Source: Malacoraja senta
Lineage: Eukaryota
Assembly (NCBI GenBank): GCA_038087875.1
Contig: CM075989.1
Location: 13,332,001-13,396,000 of the forward strand
Direction of reading: 5' to 3'
Length of the DNA: 64,000 nt
Position numbers and translations under genes: made by a program. The notes beneath the pieces were generated by a model. That model saw only the letters and a program-made list of their open reading frames with translations, was not told where the DNA came from and did not search any database. Within the stretch, counting starts at the first letter, position 1; each line of letters begins with the position of its first letter. Shown here one piece after another: positions 13,351 to 25,247 of this stretch.

Positions 13351-14239
13351 AATTAATTGTTAAGTGGGAAGGTTGCTCACTCTTAAGCCATGATCTTAGT
13401 GAACATTTTTTAAGTCCCCGAGGAAGCATTTGGATGTCACAGTAGCAGGGGGCATGCAGCTCTTTCTCTACAGGAGACCCAAGATGGCGGGCACCTCCCC
13501 ATCATTCAGTCTGGTCATAAATGTCTACAGATACACTCAACACCAGTACTGCCAAAAAAAATACTCAGTATAAATGCTATATTGTTTTAGTTTAGTTTAG
13601 TGATACAGAGTAGAAACATGCCCTTTGGCCCAACGAGTACACGCCAACCAGTATTCACCCGCACGCTCATTCTATCCTACACACTAGTAACCTACAAACC
13701 TGCACGTCTTTGGAATGTGGGAGGAAACCAGAGCATCCGAACAAAACCTATGCGGTCACGGGGAGAATGTACAAACTCCGTACTGACAGCACTCGTAGTC
13801 AGGATTGAACCAGTGTCCCTAGTGCTGAGGCAGTAGCTCTACCTCTGCACCACCATGCCTGCAAAGTTAGAGTGGAAGTCTATTGTGGGCAGTTAGGGGA
13901 ATTAAATAAATCTTTCAAGAGTGCTCCCTAGGTCTATGAGAAGTCGGTGATGTTAGACCTGAAGAAGTGTTCTTTCATTAAAGGATTTGTCCTGAGTGGA
14001 GCCCTGAGTGCTTGAAGTGTAGTTATCTGTCCAGCTCAGTGTAGCTCAGTTTGTCTTTGTTCAGGTTTGCCGATGACTTGAGGCTTGCTAAGAAAATGAG
14101 CTGTATCTGTCGAAAGTTGCACGTGGATAGTTGAAAATAATGTGAAAAATATGTGTCGTTTTACTTTGGGAGAAAGAATAGAAAAAATGAATATCTTCTA
14201 AACAAGCAGATATTGGTGCACAGAAGGATCAGAGTGTAG

Positions 14240-15275
14240 TAACAAAGAACTGTAGATGCTGGTTTACCGAAGATTGACATAAAATGCTGAAGTAACAGGT
14301 CAGGCAGAATCCCTGGAGAATGTATAGGTGATGTTTTGGGTCGGAACCCTTCTTCAGACTGATTGTAGGGAGCAGGCAAGAAAGCTTGGATAGAGATGGG
14401 GCAGGACAGAGCATGACCGGTAATAAGTGAACGCAGGAGATGGAGTTATCTGAGAGGCGGATGACCAGGGATGAGACAATAGATGTGAGCGGATAAAGAG
14501 TTGCAAATTGTTAAGTTTGGAGATGGAAAAGTTGAGAATTGTATATCCTTTGTAAACGGTACAAGTGAAGGGGGAACGGCAGGTGCGAGATCAATCAGGT
14601 TTGGAGAGGAGGGAGAGACAGGAGGAAGGAAAGGAGAGGGAAGATGGCTGTTGTGGGTTAGTCACTTAAAATTGGAAAATTCAATGTTCATATCATTGGG
14701 TTGTAAGCTACCCAAGCAGAAAATAGAAGTGCTGTTCCTCCAGTTTGCGTGTGGTCTCACTCTGGCAATGGAGGAGGCCCAGGTTGGAAAGGTCAATGTG
14801 GGAAGAGGGGGGTTTAAATGGTTAATAACCAGTAGATCCGGTAGGCCTTGGCAGAATGAGCGCAAGTGCTCAGTAAAGTGGTCTCCGAGTCTACGCTTCC
14901 TCTTGCCGATGTACAGGAACCCATTGGGAACATTGGATGCAGTAGATGAAGTTAGAGGAGCTGCATGTGATCCTCTGTCATAGTCATAGAGTCTTACAGA
15001 GTGGAAACAGGCCCTTCAGCCCAAATTGCTCACACTGGCCAACATGTCCCATTTACACTAACCCCACTTGCCTGTGTTTGGCCCATATCCCTCAAACCTG
15101 TCCTATTCATATTCCTGTCTAAATGTTTCTGTCTCACTTGGAAGGACTGCTGGTGTCCCTGGATGGAGGCGAGAGAGGTGGTATAGGGACAGGTGGTTGT
15201 GGAAGAAACTACCTGGGAAGGGATGAGTGAACCGAGGAGTTGCGGAGGAAGCAGTCTCTGCGGAAGGTGGAACAA
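14240..15275 (-). mobile_element. Penelope-like 3' fragment interrupted by a short CR1 tail (about 14980-15130)
   Basis: IFCLGSLQPNDMNIEFSNFK and the same terminal repeat as the other copies. Confidence 0.7.
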
Positions 15276-16131
15276 AATGTGTTGTTTATGAGATTCAGAA
15301 AGTAGGCATGAAGAAGTAGCAGGCAGATAGGAACTAAATGGTGGTTATGTCAGAGTTGTACAGCACACAATAAGCCCTTCTGCCCACGATGCCTATGTGA
15401 CCTTTTTGTCATCTTCGCTAAACCCATTTGCGCACAATAGAATTGTATCATAGAACATCCTACAGTAGAACTCAAGAACATGCCTGTCAGCCCACGCCAA
15501 AGGCAAACACGATGCCAAGACCAACTGTTATCTGCCTGCACGTAATCCATATCTCTCCATTCCTTGCATATCCATATGCCTATCCGGAAGGGTCTTATTT
15601 GCCTCAACCACCATCCCCGAGCCCTCATCACTCTCTGTAAAAAAAACTAGTGCTGCACAACTCCTCTAAACTTTGCCCTTCCCACCTTAAAGCTATGCTC
15701 TCTACTATTTATTTTTTCCTTCCTGGGAAAAAGGTTCTGACTGTCTACCCTATCTATGCCTCTCATAATTCTATCGGAGCTCCCCACAACCTTTGGCTTT
15801 CCAGAGGAAACAATCTGAGTCTGTTCAACCTTTTTCCCTGTAGCTAGGCATCATTCTGGTAAACCTCCTCTGTACACTTTACAAAGCTTCCACGTCCTAC
15901 CTATAATGGTAATAACAGGTATGCCATTAATCGTATGTTTTCCCCTTACATTTTATCTCCCTATGTCTAACATCTTACACTTGCTTAAAGTAATCTCCAT
16001 CTGCCATTTCTCTGCCCATTTCTCTAGCTAATCTATATCTCACTGTATAATTTGGCAGTTTTCTTCACAGTCCACTTCACCAGCAATCTTGGTGTCATCT
16101 GCAAATTTAGTAACCAACCTGTCTACATTTA

Positions 16132-17896
16132 CAGTGCATTCAGAAAGTATTCAAGATACATTTATTTGTCACATGTACCAATTGGTACAGTGAAATGTGT
16201 GGTCAGACCCCTTCACTTTTTCCACATTTTGTTACATTACAACCTTATTCTAGAATGGATTGAATTCATTTTTTTGATCATGAATCTATACATAATACCC
16301 CATAATAACAAAGTTAAAACGGGTGTTCAGAAATTTTTTCAAAATAATTAAAAATAAATAACTGAAATATCACATTTACATAAGTATTCAGATCCTTCAC
16401 GCAGTACTTTGTTGAGGCATCTTTGGCAGCGATTACAGCCTCAAGTTTTCTTGGGTATGATGCTACAAGCTTGGCACACCTGTATTTGGGTAATTTCTCC
16501 CATTCTTCTCTGCAGATCCTCTCAAGCTCTGTCAGGTTGGATGGGGAGCGTCAATGCACAGCTATTTTCAGGTCCCTCCAGAGATATTCGATCGGGTTCA
16601 AGTCCGGGCTCTGGCTGGGCCACTCAAGGACATTGAAAGGCAGTGAAGAAAGCGAATGACATGTTGGCCTTCATAACAAGAGGAGTTGAGTATAGGAGCA
16701 TAGAGGTCCTTCTGCAGTTGTATAGGGCCCTAGTGAGACCACATCTGGAGTATTGTGTGCAGTTTTGGTCCCCTAATTTCAGGAAGGACATTCTTGCTAT
16801 TGAGGGAGTACAGCATAGGTTTACAAGGTTAATTCCCGGGATGGCGGGACTGTCATATGCTAAGAGAATGGAGCAGCTGGGCTTGTACACTCTGGAGTTT
16901 AGAAGGATGAGAGGGGATCTTATTGAAACATGTAAGATTATTTGGATACGCTAGAGACAGGAAACATGTTGCCGACGTTGGGTGAGTCCAGAACCAGGGG
17001 CCACAGTTTAAGAATAAGGGGTGAGCCATTTAGAACGGAGACGAGGAAACACTTTTTCACACAGAGAGTTGTGAGTCTGTGGAATTCTCTGCCTCAGAGG
17101 GCGGTGGAGGCAGGTTCTCTGGATACTTTCAAGAGAGAGCAAGATAACAGAGTCAGGGGATATGGGGAGAAGGCAGGAACGGGGTACTGATTTGGGGATG
17201 ATCAGCCATGATCACATTGAATGGCGGTGCTGGCCACAAAGGAACTCTGGAGCTCTGTCAGAGTGACCATCAGGTGCTTGGTCACCTCCCTGACCAAGCC
17301 CTTCTCCCCCGATTGCTCAGTTTGGCCGGGCAGCCAGCTCTATGAAGAGTCCTGGTGGTTTCAAAGTTCTTCCATTTAAAAATGACAAGGCCACTGTGCT
17401 CTTTGGGAGCTGCAACGCTGCAGAAATTGTTTTATACCCTTCCCCAGATTTGTGTCTCGATACAATCCTGTCTCAGAGGTCTACGGACAATTCCTTTGTC
17501 TTCATGGCTTGGTTTTTGCTCATTGTCAACTGCGGGACCTTATATAGACAGGTGTGTGCCTTTCCAAATCATGTCCAATCAATTTAATTTACCACTTGTG
17601 GACTCCAATCAAGTTGTAGAAACATCTCAAGGATAATCAATGGAAAGAGGATGCACCGAAGCTCAATTTTGAGTGTCATAGCAAAGGGTCTGAATACTTA
17701 TGTCAATGTGATATTGCAGTTATTTATTTTTAATTATTTGCAAAAATTTCTAAACACCAGTTTTTGCTTTTATATTATGAGGTATTGTGTGTAGATTGAT
17801 GATTAAAAAAATGAATTTAATCCATTTTAGAATAAGGCTGTCTTGTACCAAAATGCGGGAAAGGTGAAGGGGTCTGAATACTTTCTGAATGCACTG
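16132..17896 (-). mobile_element. Tc1-like (IR/DR type) DNA transposon, internally deleted, with a nested CR1
   Basis: TA|cagtgcattcagaaagtattca ... tgaatactttctgaatgcactg|TA; long TIRs; minus-strand remnants MKTKELSVDL*DRIVSRHKSGEGYKTIS (from 17505) and [15 protein letters not shown] (near 16630). Confidence 0.88.
16632..17237 (+). mobile_element. CR1 LINE 3' fragment, low-divergence family
   Basis: LYRALVRPHLEYCVQFWSP...; very similar copies at about 28670-28975 and 30315-30835. Confidence 0.85.
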
Positions 17897-19039
17897 TATG
17901 TCCAAGTCATTTATATATATCACAAACAGCAGAGGTCTCAGCAGAGATCATTGCGTATCCTTCTATGCCTTCCATATTCAAGTTCATATAAATGTCTCTT
18001 AAATATAGTGATTGTATCAGATTCCACCACCTCCTCTGGCAGTGAGTTCCAGATATCAACCACTCTGTGTAACAAACAAAAAATCCTCCCTCAGATCTCC
18101 TTTAAAACTCATTCCTCTCACTCTAAACCTTTGACATTTTTAATATCCTCTACCATGGGAAAAAGATTTGAACAATCTCTCCAAACTGTGCCCATCAGAT
18201 CACCCCCTCATCCTCCTTCACTCCAAGGAAAACAAGCCCATCCTATCCAATCTCTCACCATAACTAAAGTCCTCTAATCCAGGCAAAACCCTGGCTACAG
18301 TAAGGGTGTGGGCTGCAGAAATAAGAAAATAAGACAGATTCGTTGAGCTAGTTCAGGGCTTGCGCGACTGGAGGGACGGAGGAAAATATTACCTTGGTCG
18401 GTGCAGTGTATATTCATTGGATTGATTCTGGGGATGAGGGGTTGCACCACGAGGGAAGTTTAAGAAAGATCTGCAGCACTGAAGAATGACAGATGATCTC
18501 ATTAAGAAAGAACTGTGTGAAGGGATTTGTCAGGATCGTGGCTGTTTGTCAGGCTGAAATCTGGGGCAACGCAGAGTCTCAGGATAAGGGACCATGGTTT
18601 TAGGGCGGGAAGAGAAGAAATGTCTTCACTTAGAGAGCAGTGAATCTTCTGAATTCTCTACCCTGGTGACTACTGATGGTGCCAAATGATTCCTGTTTAA
18701 ATACTGAGGGAATGAAGGGATGGGATTGGAAAATAGATAAAGAACAGCACCAATCCCAATGCTACTGAATCAGGAGACATGTTGAGGAAGGAGCACCTGG
18801 TCCTTCTCCAACTTGTAACTGTCAAACAATGGTCATTTTCAGAGGGAGGGTGCACACACGGAGCGATCAGCCTTTTCTAGGATTGCCTCATGTTGATACA
18901 TATTGGATTAATTTATCTTTGAACATGTCTGTCAGCCTCCAACTTGTGAGAGAGAAACTCTGACAATAACAATGCTTGTGTTTTTCGAAGCTTTTGGACG
19001 TTGTTGGCTCTTGTGTTCAAAATATTATCTCCAATTCAG

Positions 19040-19138
19040 ATCGTTTCGGCAGTGAAGGCAGCGAGAGATGGATTGATGCAGAACATTATAAGTGGGGAGA
19101 ACATTATGATCAAGAAGAAAACCTGCACTGTATTGTAG
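19040..19138 (+). CDS. selenow2: SELENOW2/MIEN1-like selenoprotein, exon 4 ending in a CAAX box
   Basis: Acceptor ctccaattcag, phase 0; IVSAVKAARDGLMQNIISGENIMIKKKTCTVL*, paralleling the MIEN1 tail (LIEAIRRA...CVIL); SECIS follows directly. Confidence 0.87.
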   Translation: MVSAVKAARDGLMQNIISGENIMIKKKTCTVL

Positions 19139-19182
19139 CAGAGACTGAGGAACCTGACATTAGTTTATGGTTCAGATTGATG

Positions 19183-19258
19183 AAGCATCATTCTGTCAAT
19201 GATTGTTTTCCCCTAAAGCTGGTGGTGAAGACATGAACAGAAATCAGAAAAGGTGCTT
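19183..19258 (+). promoter_or_regulatory. SECIS element in the 3' UTR of the selenoprotein gene
   Basis: AUGA at 19199-19202, AAA at 19215-19217 (12 nt later), GA at 19235-19236. Helix II tgttttc/gaagaca; helix I ttctg/cagaa extended by aagcatc/ggtgctt. Confidence 0.88.
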
Positions 19259-22200
19259 CTCCTGTTTGGGATCTGCTGCAAACATTGTCATTGGCCAGTC
19301 TGTTGTACACAGATAACCTGCTGTCATATTGTCACATTAAACTGAATTTGTTAAACTTTCCAGTCTTGTTCTCTATGTCAAGAGTAAAGAGTATGTCATT
19401 GTCGTGTGTATCAAAATCGGAACTATTAAATTATTACTTGCAGCAACATATAAATGCAGCAGCATAAAGGCATGTAACCATGGTAACCGTGGTACTCTTA
19501 TATAACACAATAAAAAAATAAAAAATTACATTAAAAAATTGTTCAGGCAAAAATGTCCAAAGTCCCAAGTACAACTAAAACAGTTCATAGTTCAGTTGGT
19601 GTTTGTAGTGTTTAAGTGCCTGGTCGTTGGGAAGAAGGTGTACCTGAACCTGTCAGTCAGCTTTCAAACTCCTATATCTTCTTCCCGATGACAGGAGTAA
19701 AATGAGAACATGGCCAAGGGAACTTGATGATACCAGCTGTCTTTTTGAGGCAGCACTTCCTATAGATCCCTTCGATGGGGGGGGGGGGGGGGGGGGGGTC
19801 AGTATCCGTGATAGCCTGGGCAGTGTCGTCCACTTTTTTAAATCTCCTTTGTTACTGGGCATTCGGGTTGCCGAACAAGGATGTGATGCAACCAGTTAAT
19901 AGACTCTCTGCCATACATCTGTAGAAGTTCTTGTGAGTATTCCATGATCACAATGACTGGTGGTGCTGGCTCGAAGGTGGTGCTAGCTCCTCCTGCACCT
20001 ATTTTCTATGTTTCATCGACATATCAACTCTCCTCAATCTTCTAAAGAAGTAGAAGCATTGCTTTGTTTTCTTTATAATTGCATCAATGTGCTGGGCCCA
20101 ACACAGATCTTTAGAGATGTGCACACCCAGGAACATGAAGCTGTTGACTCCCTCCACCACCAAGTCAATTATGAAGACAGGTTCATGAATCCTTGGCCTA
20201 CCTCTTCTAAAGTCAACAATCAGCTCCTTGATCTTAATGGCATTGAGACCTGTTGGGTGTGTTGATATTCAATAGACCTATCAGCTGTGGAAATGGCTGT
20301 CTCCATCAGGCACAGTGGCTCAGATTTAACAGTAGTCGATCTTTCGTTCTCATGGCCAGTTCTTAGTGTTTCCTCCTCCTCTGTGACATATCCTGACACA
20401 TTCCAGGCAGGAGATACCAATAGAAATAAGAACAAAGGAAATAGAAATAGGAGCCAGCCCTTCATCTCGAGTCTGCTGTCAATCATCAGGACCATGGTTG
20501 ATCCCCCTGATCGTCACTATCCCCATCTCCCTCGATTCCCTTAATATCCAGAAATGTATCAATCTCAGTTTGAATGAACCCAGCCTCCTGGGTACAGAAT
20601 TCCAAAGATTCACCTCCGAGTGTGAAGAAATATCTCCATCTCTTCACCAAATTGTTTGCCCCTCTGCCAGGGATAACCTCCACCCTGCCACCAGCCTATC
20701 AAACCTGTAAGAATTTTGTGAGTTCCAGTGAGATCTCCAAAAAAGAATGGAGTCCAATTCTACACAATCTCTCCTTACATGGCTGGCCCGCCACCTAGGA
20801 ACCAGTCTGGTGAGTTATGAAAAGTATCTCCTTTTTTAGGTGGAGCCCAAAACTATCTACAGTACTCCAGGGTAAAGAATTCCAAAGGTTCACAATTCTG
20901 AGTGGTCGCTCTTTTGTTCTCATGGCCAGGAGGAGCCAGCACCACCTTCGAGCCAGCACCACCAGTCATTGTGATCATGGAATACTCACAAGAACTTCTG
21001 AGTGAATACATTTCTAATTGCAGTCCTATATGGCCTACTACTCATTGGACAGTGACTCCTAGCTATGTAAACATCCTACTCCATGCAACAGATCAGCTAT
21101 CCTAGGAACCAGCCTGATGAATCTCAGCAAGAATATTCTTATTCTTATTCTACCCAACACCATTTCGTGCCTAATGTGAATTTCCTTCAGTTCCTCTGTC
21201 ACCCTAGGTCCTCTGGCCACTAGTACATCTGGGAGATTGTTTGTGTCTTCCTTAGTGAAGTCTTCCAAAATACCTGTTCAACTCGTCTGCAACAGAGATT
21301 TACGAGGATATTGCCAGGACTCGAGTGTCTGAGCTATAGGGAGAGGTTGGGCAGGTTTGGACTTAATTTCTTCGAACACAGGAGGCCAAGGGGTGGTATT
21401 ATAGAGTATAATATCATGTGGGGAATAGATGCACTGCATGCACAGAGTTTTTCCCACGATAAGGAAATCAAGAACTAGAGGGAAAAGGATTAAGGCAAGA
21501 GGGGAAAGATTTAATAGGAATCCAAGGGCAACTTCTTCACACAGAGAGTGGTGGGTATGGAACAAGCTGCCAGAGGAAGTAGTTGAGGTTGGTACAATTG
21601 CGGCATTTTGGTTGGCATGGACGGGTTTGGCTGAAGGACCTGTTTCCCTGCTGTATGACTCCAAGACAATTATTTTCTTTCACAGCAAATTCTCACTAAA
21701 GAATGTCGCTGAGCCATAGATACACACTACACACATATATGTATATTATAATAATATGAAGCTGAAAAGAGTGCAGACATATATAATGTGTGTGTGTGTG
21801 TATGAATGCTTCAGTGACATGCTTTAATTGCTTCCCCTGGTACATCACTCAACTGCACTTTGACTAGCCCCAGGCACATCCTGCAATCAACTATTCTCTG
21901 ATCACCCACAGGTTATATCACCGGCTTCGTTTCGGTGTAGTCAACCACCAGACACACCACTTTTATTGCACATACACAACAGTGACACCAGTGGGTTGGA
22001 TGGTGTTGTATTCTTCATGTATGACCATTTTGTGTCACAAATGTCTTGCGTTGATGGATGCCTACGCACACAGCTGTATCGTTAATTCATGCGAAAGTGT
22101 CCAACAGGAGCCTCACTGATCTCAAACCTGCTCTCATTCTCACTAGACATCAGTTAGTGCTTGGTGTGTGCATCAGTTGCACCACTGACCTGATATGGAC

Positions 22201-22778
22201 TATGCTGCAACATCCTGGGCATCATTGGCCTCAGAGGTAAACTCATCAACCACTGGATCTTGACCTCAAAATCAGATGTACACAAGAATAATATTTTTAG
22301 CACATACCGTTGGTAGGAGCCGGGTGGTTCAACAGCAAAATAATGTAACTTTATGACCTATACATTTTAACATTTTATCTCCAGTAATTACAAGCGTGAG
22401 GTATTGCAAACCAGGGCAGTAAATGGTAGAGCCCTGGAAAGTGTTGTAGAACAGAGAGATCTGGGAGTACAAGTGCACGCTTCCCTGAAAGTGGCAGTTC
22501 AGGTGGATACAGTGGTGAAAACAGCATTTGGCATGCTTTCCTTCATTGGGAAGGGTATCGAGTACAAAAGTTGGAAGTGTACAAGCTGTTTTTTGAAACC
22601 ACACTTGGAGTACTTTGTACCATTCTGGTCACCCAACTATAGAAAATACGTCTAAGTTAGAAAGGGTGCAGAAAAGATTCGCCAGGATATTACCTGGACT
22701 TGCGGGCTTGATTTATAGGGAGAGGCTACACAGGATGGGACTTTTTTATTTTCAGCAGTATCGGCCGAGGGTGACTAT

Positions 22779-24153
22779 ATGTGTCTTTTTACAATACTGC
22801 ACACAAAAATGTGACAAAGAGGGTCAAATTTCAAATTCCTTCAAAAAAGTGACAAGCACTTTATTGGGTTCAAGGCTAACATAGTATCAACAAAAAATAT
22901 AAGAAAAGATAGCATATTGATGGAAAGTTTCCGAAAATGGCATCAGAATAGACAAATACATTTTGTGTAACGTTTGTCGCGTGGTGTCCACCAGTGACCT
23001 GGTTGGCGCAGTAAGTGCACGTATTTCTTATTCCTTTCTATGTTTATGAATACTACATGGAACAATAAATTTGCAAACACCGTTTCCACTTCATTCACCT
23101 GATCATGTAGTAGAATACTGCATCCATCTGAGTGGACACCACAACGCGCATCACACATCATACACACAAACATACGTTGCGGTGGACACTAAAATGTTTG
23201 GTGTCCCAGAAAACGAACGTTACATTATTAGCGAGAACCAAGCATTTTCACCAATGTGATCTAAACGGTACATTACCTTATGGATTTGAGCTATCAATGG
23301 CCGTTGATTCGTCAGATCGTTTGATTTGGGCTGATTTTTTTGTAGGTAAAATGTTTTTTTGTAAGTAAACCGTTGCGGAGCTTCCCAAAGTTAACACGAA
23401 GGAATGAAGTTGGCGACTTGATCCGTACGAAAGGTAAACAAGAGACAGTGTGTTGCCAAATTAAAGATTGGCTCAGTTTCTTAGTTTTGATGACCAATTT
23501 ATGTCCAAAACATTTTTTTTAATCGATTTTAAAAAGTTGGAAAATATATTGTAAACGGTCGTTGCGTTTTTGACACCACAATGTTTTTGATATAATAAAT
23601 TGGAAAATAAGAAAAAATAATTAACTCGTCCAAAAATCGCTACTACCATACGATACCTCGTTGGGTTTTTGAAAAACATTAGAGGTTTGGAGCCTCCGTG
23701 GTTTAACTTGCGGAGGTACCGACCCCGATAACAGTCATTGTGACAATGGACACCAAGCACGATGACCGTTACGGGATCTTTACTGCACTGTATTATCTTT
23801 ATGTTACTGTATTGTGCTCCTGGTATTGATGAAGATATTTCCCTAGATCATTATCAAAACGTATATGTATGAGGGGCCGTATGATGTTTATTTATGAATT
23901 AAATATTCATGACTAAATGTGGCAGCGTTTTTAATGTCACATTTTTGGTGTCCAAATTGGTGGTAAAATGATGAAGATTTGTCTGTCATGAAAAAAGTTT
24001 TTGACTTTCGGTCTTGAAGTTATCTAATTTATATCTGTTATTTATAAGGTTTCACATGATGGGCAGATTTTTGTTTAGAACAGTGTATTGGTGTAAAAAA
24101 CTGAATAATAATCTTGTTCCTCAAAATCTCTCCAGTATTGTAAAAAGACACAT
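22779..24153. mobile_element. Non-autonomous DNA transposon with perfect 21-bp terminal inverted repeats
   Basis: atgtgtctttttacaatactg (22779-22799) and its exact reverse complement (24133-24153); it splits a CR1 fragment (about 22400-22778 and 24154-24480). Confidence 0.78.
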
Positions 24154-25121
24154 CTTGAAGTATGCAAAATAATGAAAGCGTGGATAAAGTGAACACTAAC
24201 AGTATCCCCAGAGTAGAGGATTCTAAAACTGAAAGGCATAGTCTAAAGGTGAGAGCAGAGAGAGGGCAGAACAGACAACATGGGCAGAAATGGACAAGAA
24301 ACTGACTGCTGGAGGAGGCTAACAGGCCAGATATTTAAAAAGGATCTCATGGGCAGCTTTTTTATTCAGTGGGTTCACCGTATCTGGAACAAGTTTTCAT
24401 AGGAAGCTGAGATGTGGATACAACTGCAAATTTCAAAAGACACAGACAGGTTTAGAAGGATAAGGGCCAAATGTAGGCAAATTGTGGAATTGTATTAAGT
24501 GCCTTGAGAAGCTGATGGTGAGCCTAATTTTGAACTGCTGCAATCAGTTTCATGAAGGTGCTTTTGAGGGAATTCTAGGATTTAGACATGGCAATGATGA
24601 ATGATGCAGATATATATACAGCGCTCGATGGTGTGTTGCCCAAATGGGAGCCTGCAGACTCTTATACAACTTCATGCCAGAAGTTGCAGGTTTGGGAAGT
24701 GCTGTCAGAGCAGCCTGGGCAAGTAACTGCAGTGCATTTTGTAGATGGTTCACACTTGCAGCCACTGTGCATCCATGGTGGAGGGAGGGAATGTTTAGGG
24801 TGGTAGATAAGTTCCCAATTGCACTGGAAGGAGTTGAGATTTTTGAGAGTTGTGCACATCCAGGCAAATGAAAACTATTCCATCACACTACTGAATTGTG
24901 CCTAGTAGATGGAATGACTGTCTAACATCAGGAAGTGATTCACTCATCACAGGATACCCAGATTTAGACCTGTTTCCATTCAGAACTGTTCAAAAATTGA
25001 GCAAGGGGTGAAAACCCAAATGGAAGATTTTATGAAATTAGCCCAAGTGGCTATGATTTTGGTTGGCAGTTATGGTCAGGTTTACATCTATAGCTGAGTA
25101 AGATGACTGGATATTTACAGC

Positions 25122-25247
25122 GTTAGTTATTATTGCCCATACACTGAGTTAGTTATTACTGCCCTTACACTGAGTTAGTTATTACTGCCCTTACACTGAG
25201 TTAGTTATTACTGCCCATACACTGAGATGGTTATTACTGCCCATACA
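25122..25247. repeat. Minisatellite, 26-bp unit, about 5 copies
   Basis: gttagttattactgcccwtacactga repeated head to tail with no spacers. Confidence 0.92.

Noticed and set aside
21900..22240. Repeat-poor stretch with open frames after a cag and a downstream gt donor
   Set aside because: No recognisable protein motif and no partner exons found; it cannot be supported without RNA data.
25122..25247. Regular 26-bp repeats that might suggest a CRISPR array
   Set aside because: Units are contiguous with no unique spacers, and the context is vertebrate; it is a minisatellite.
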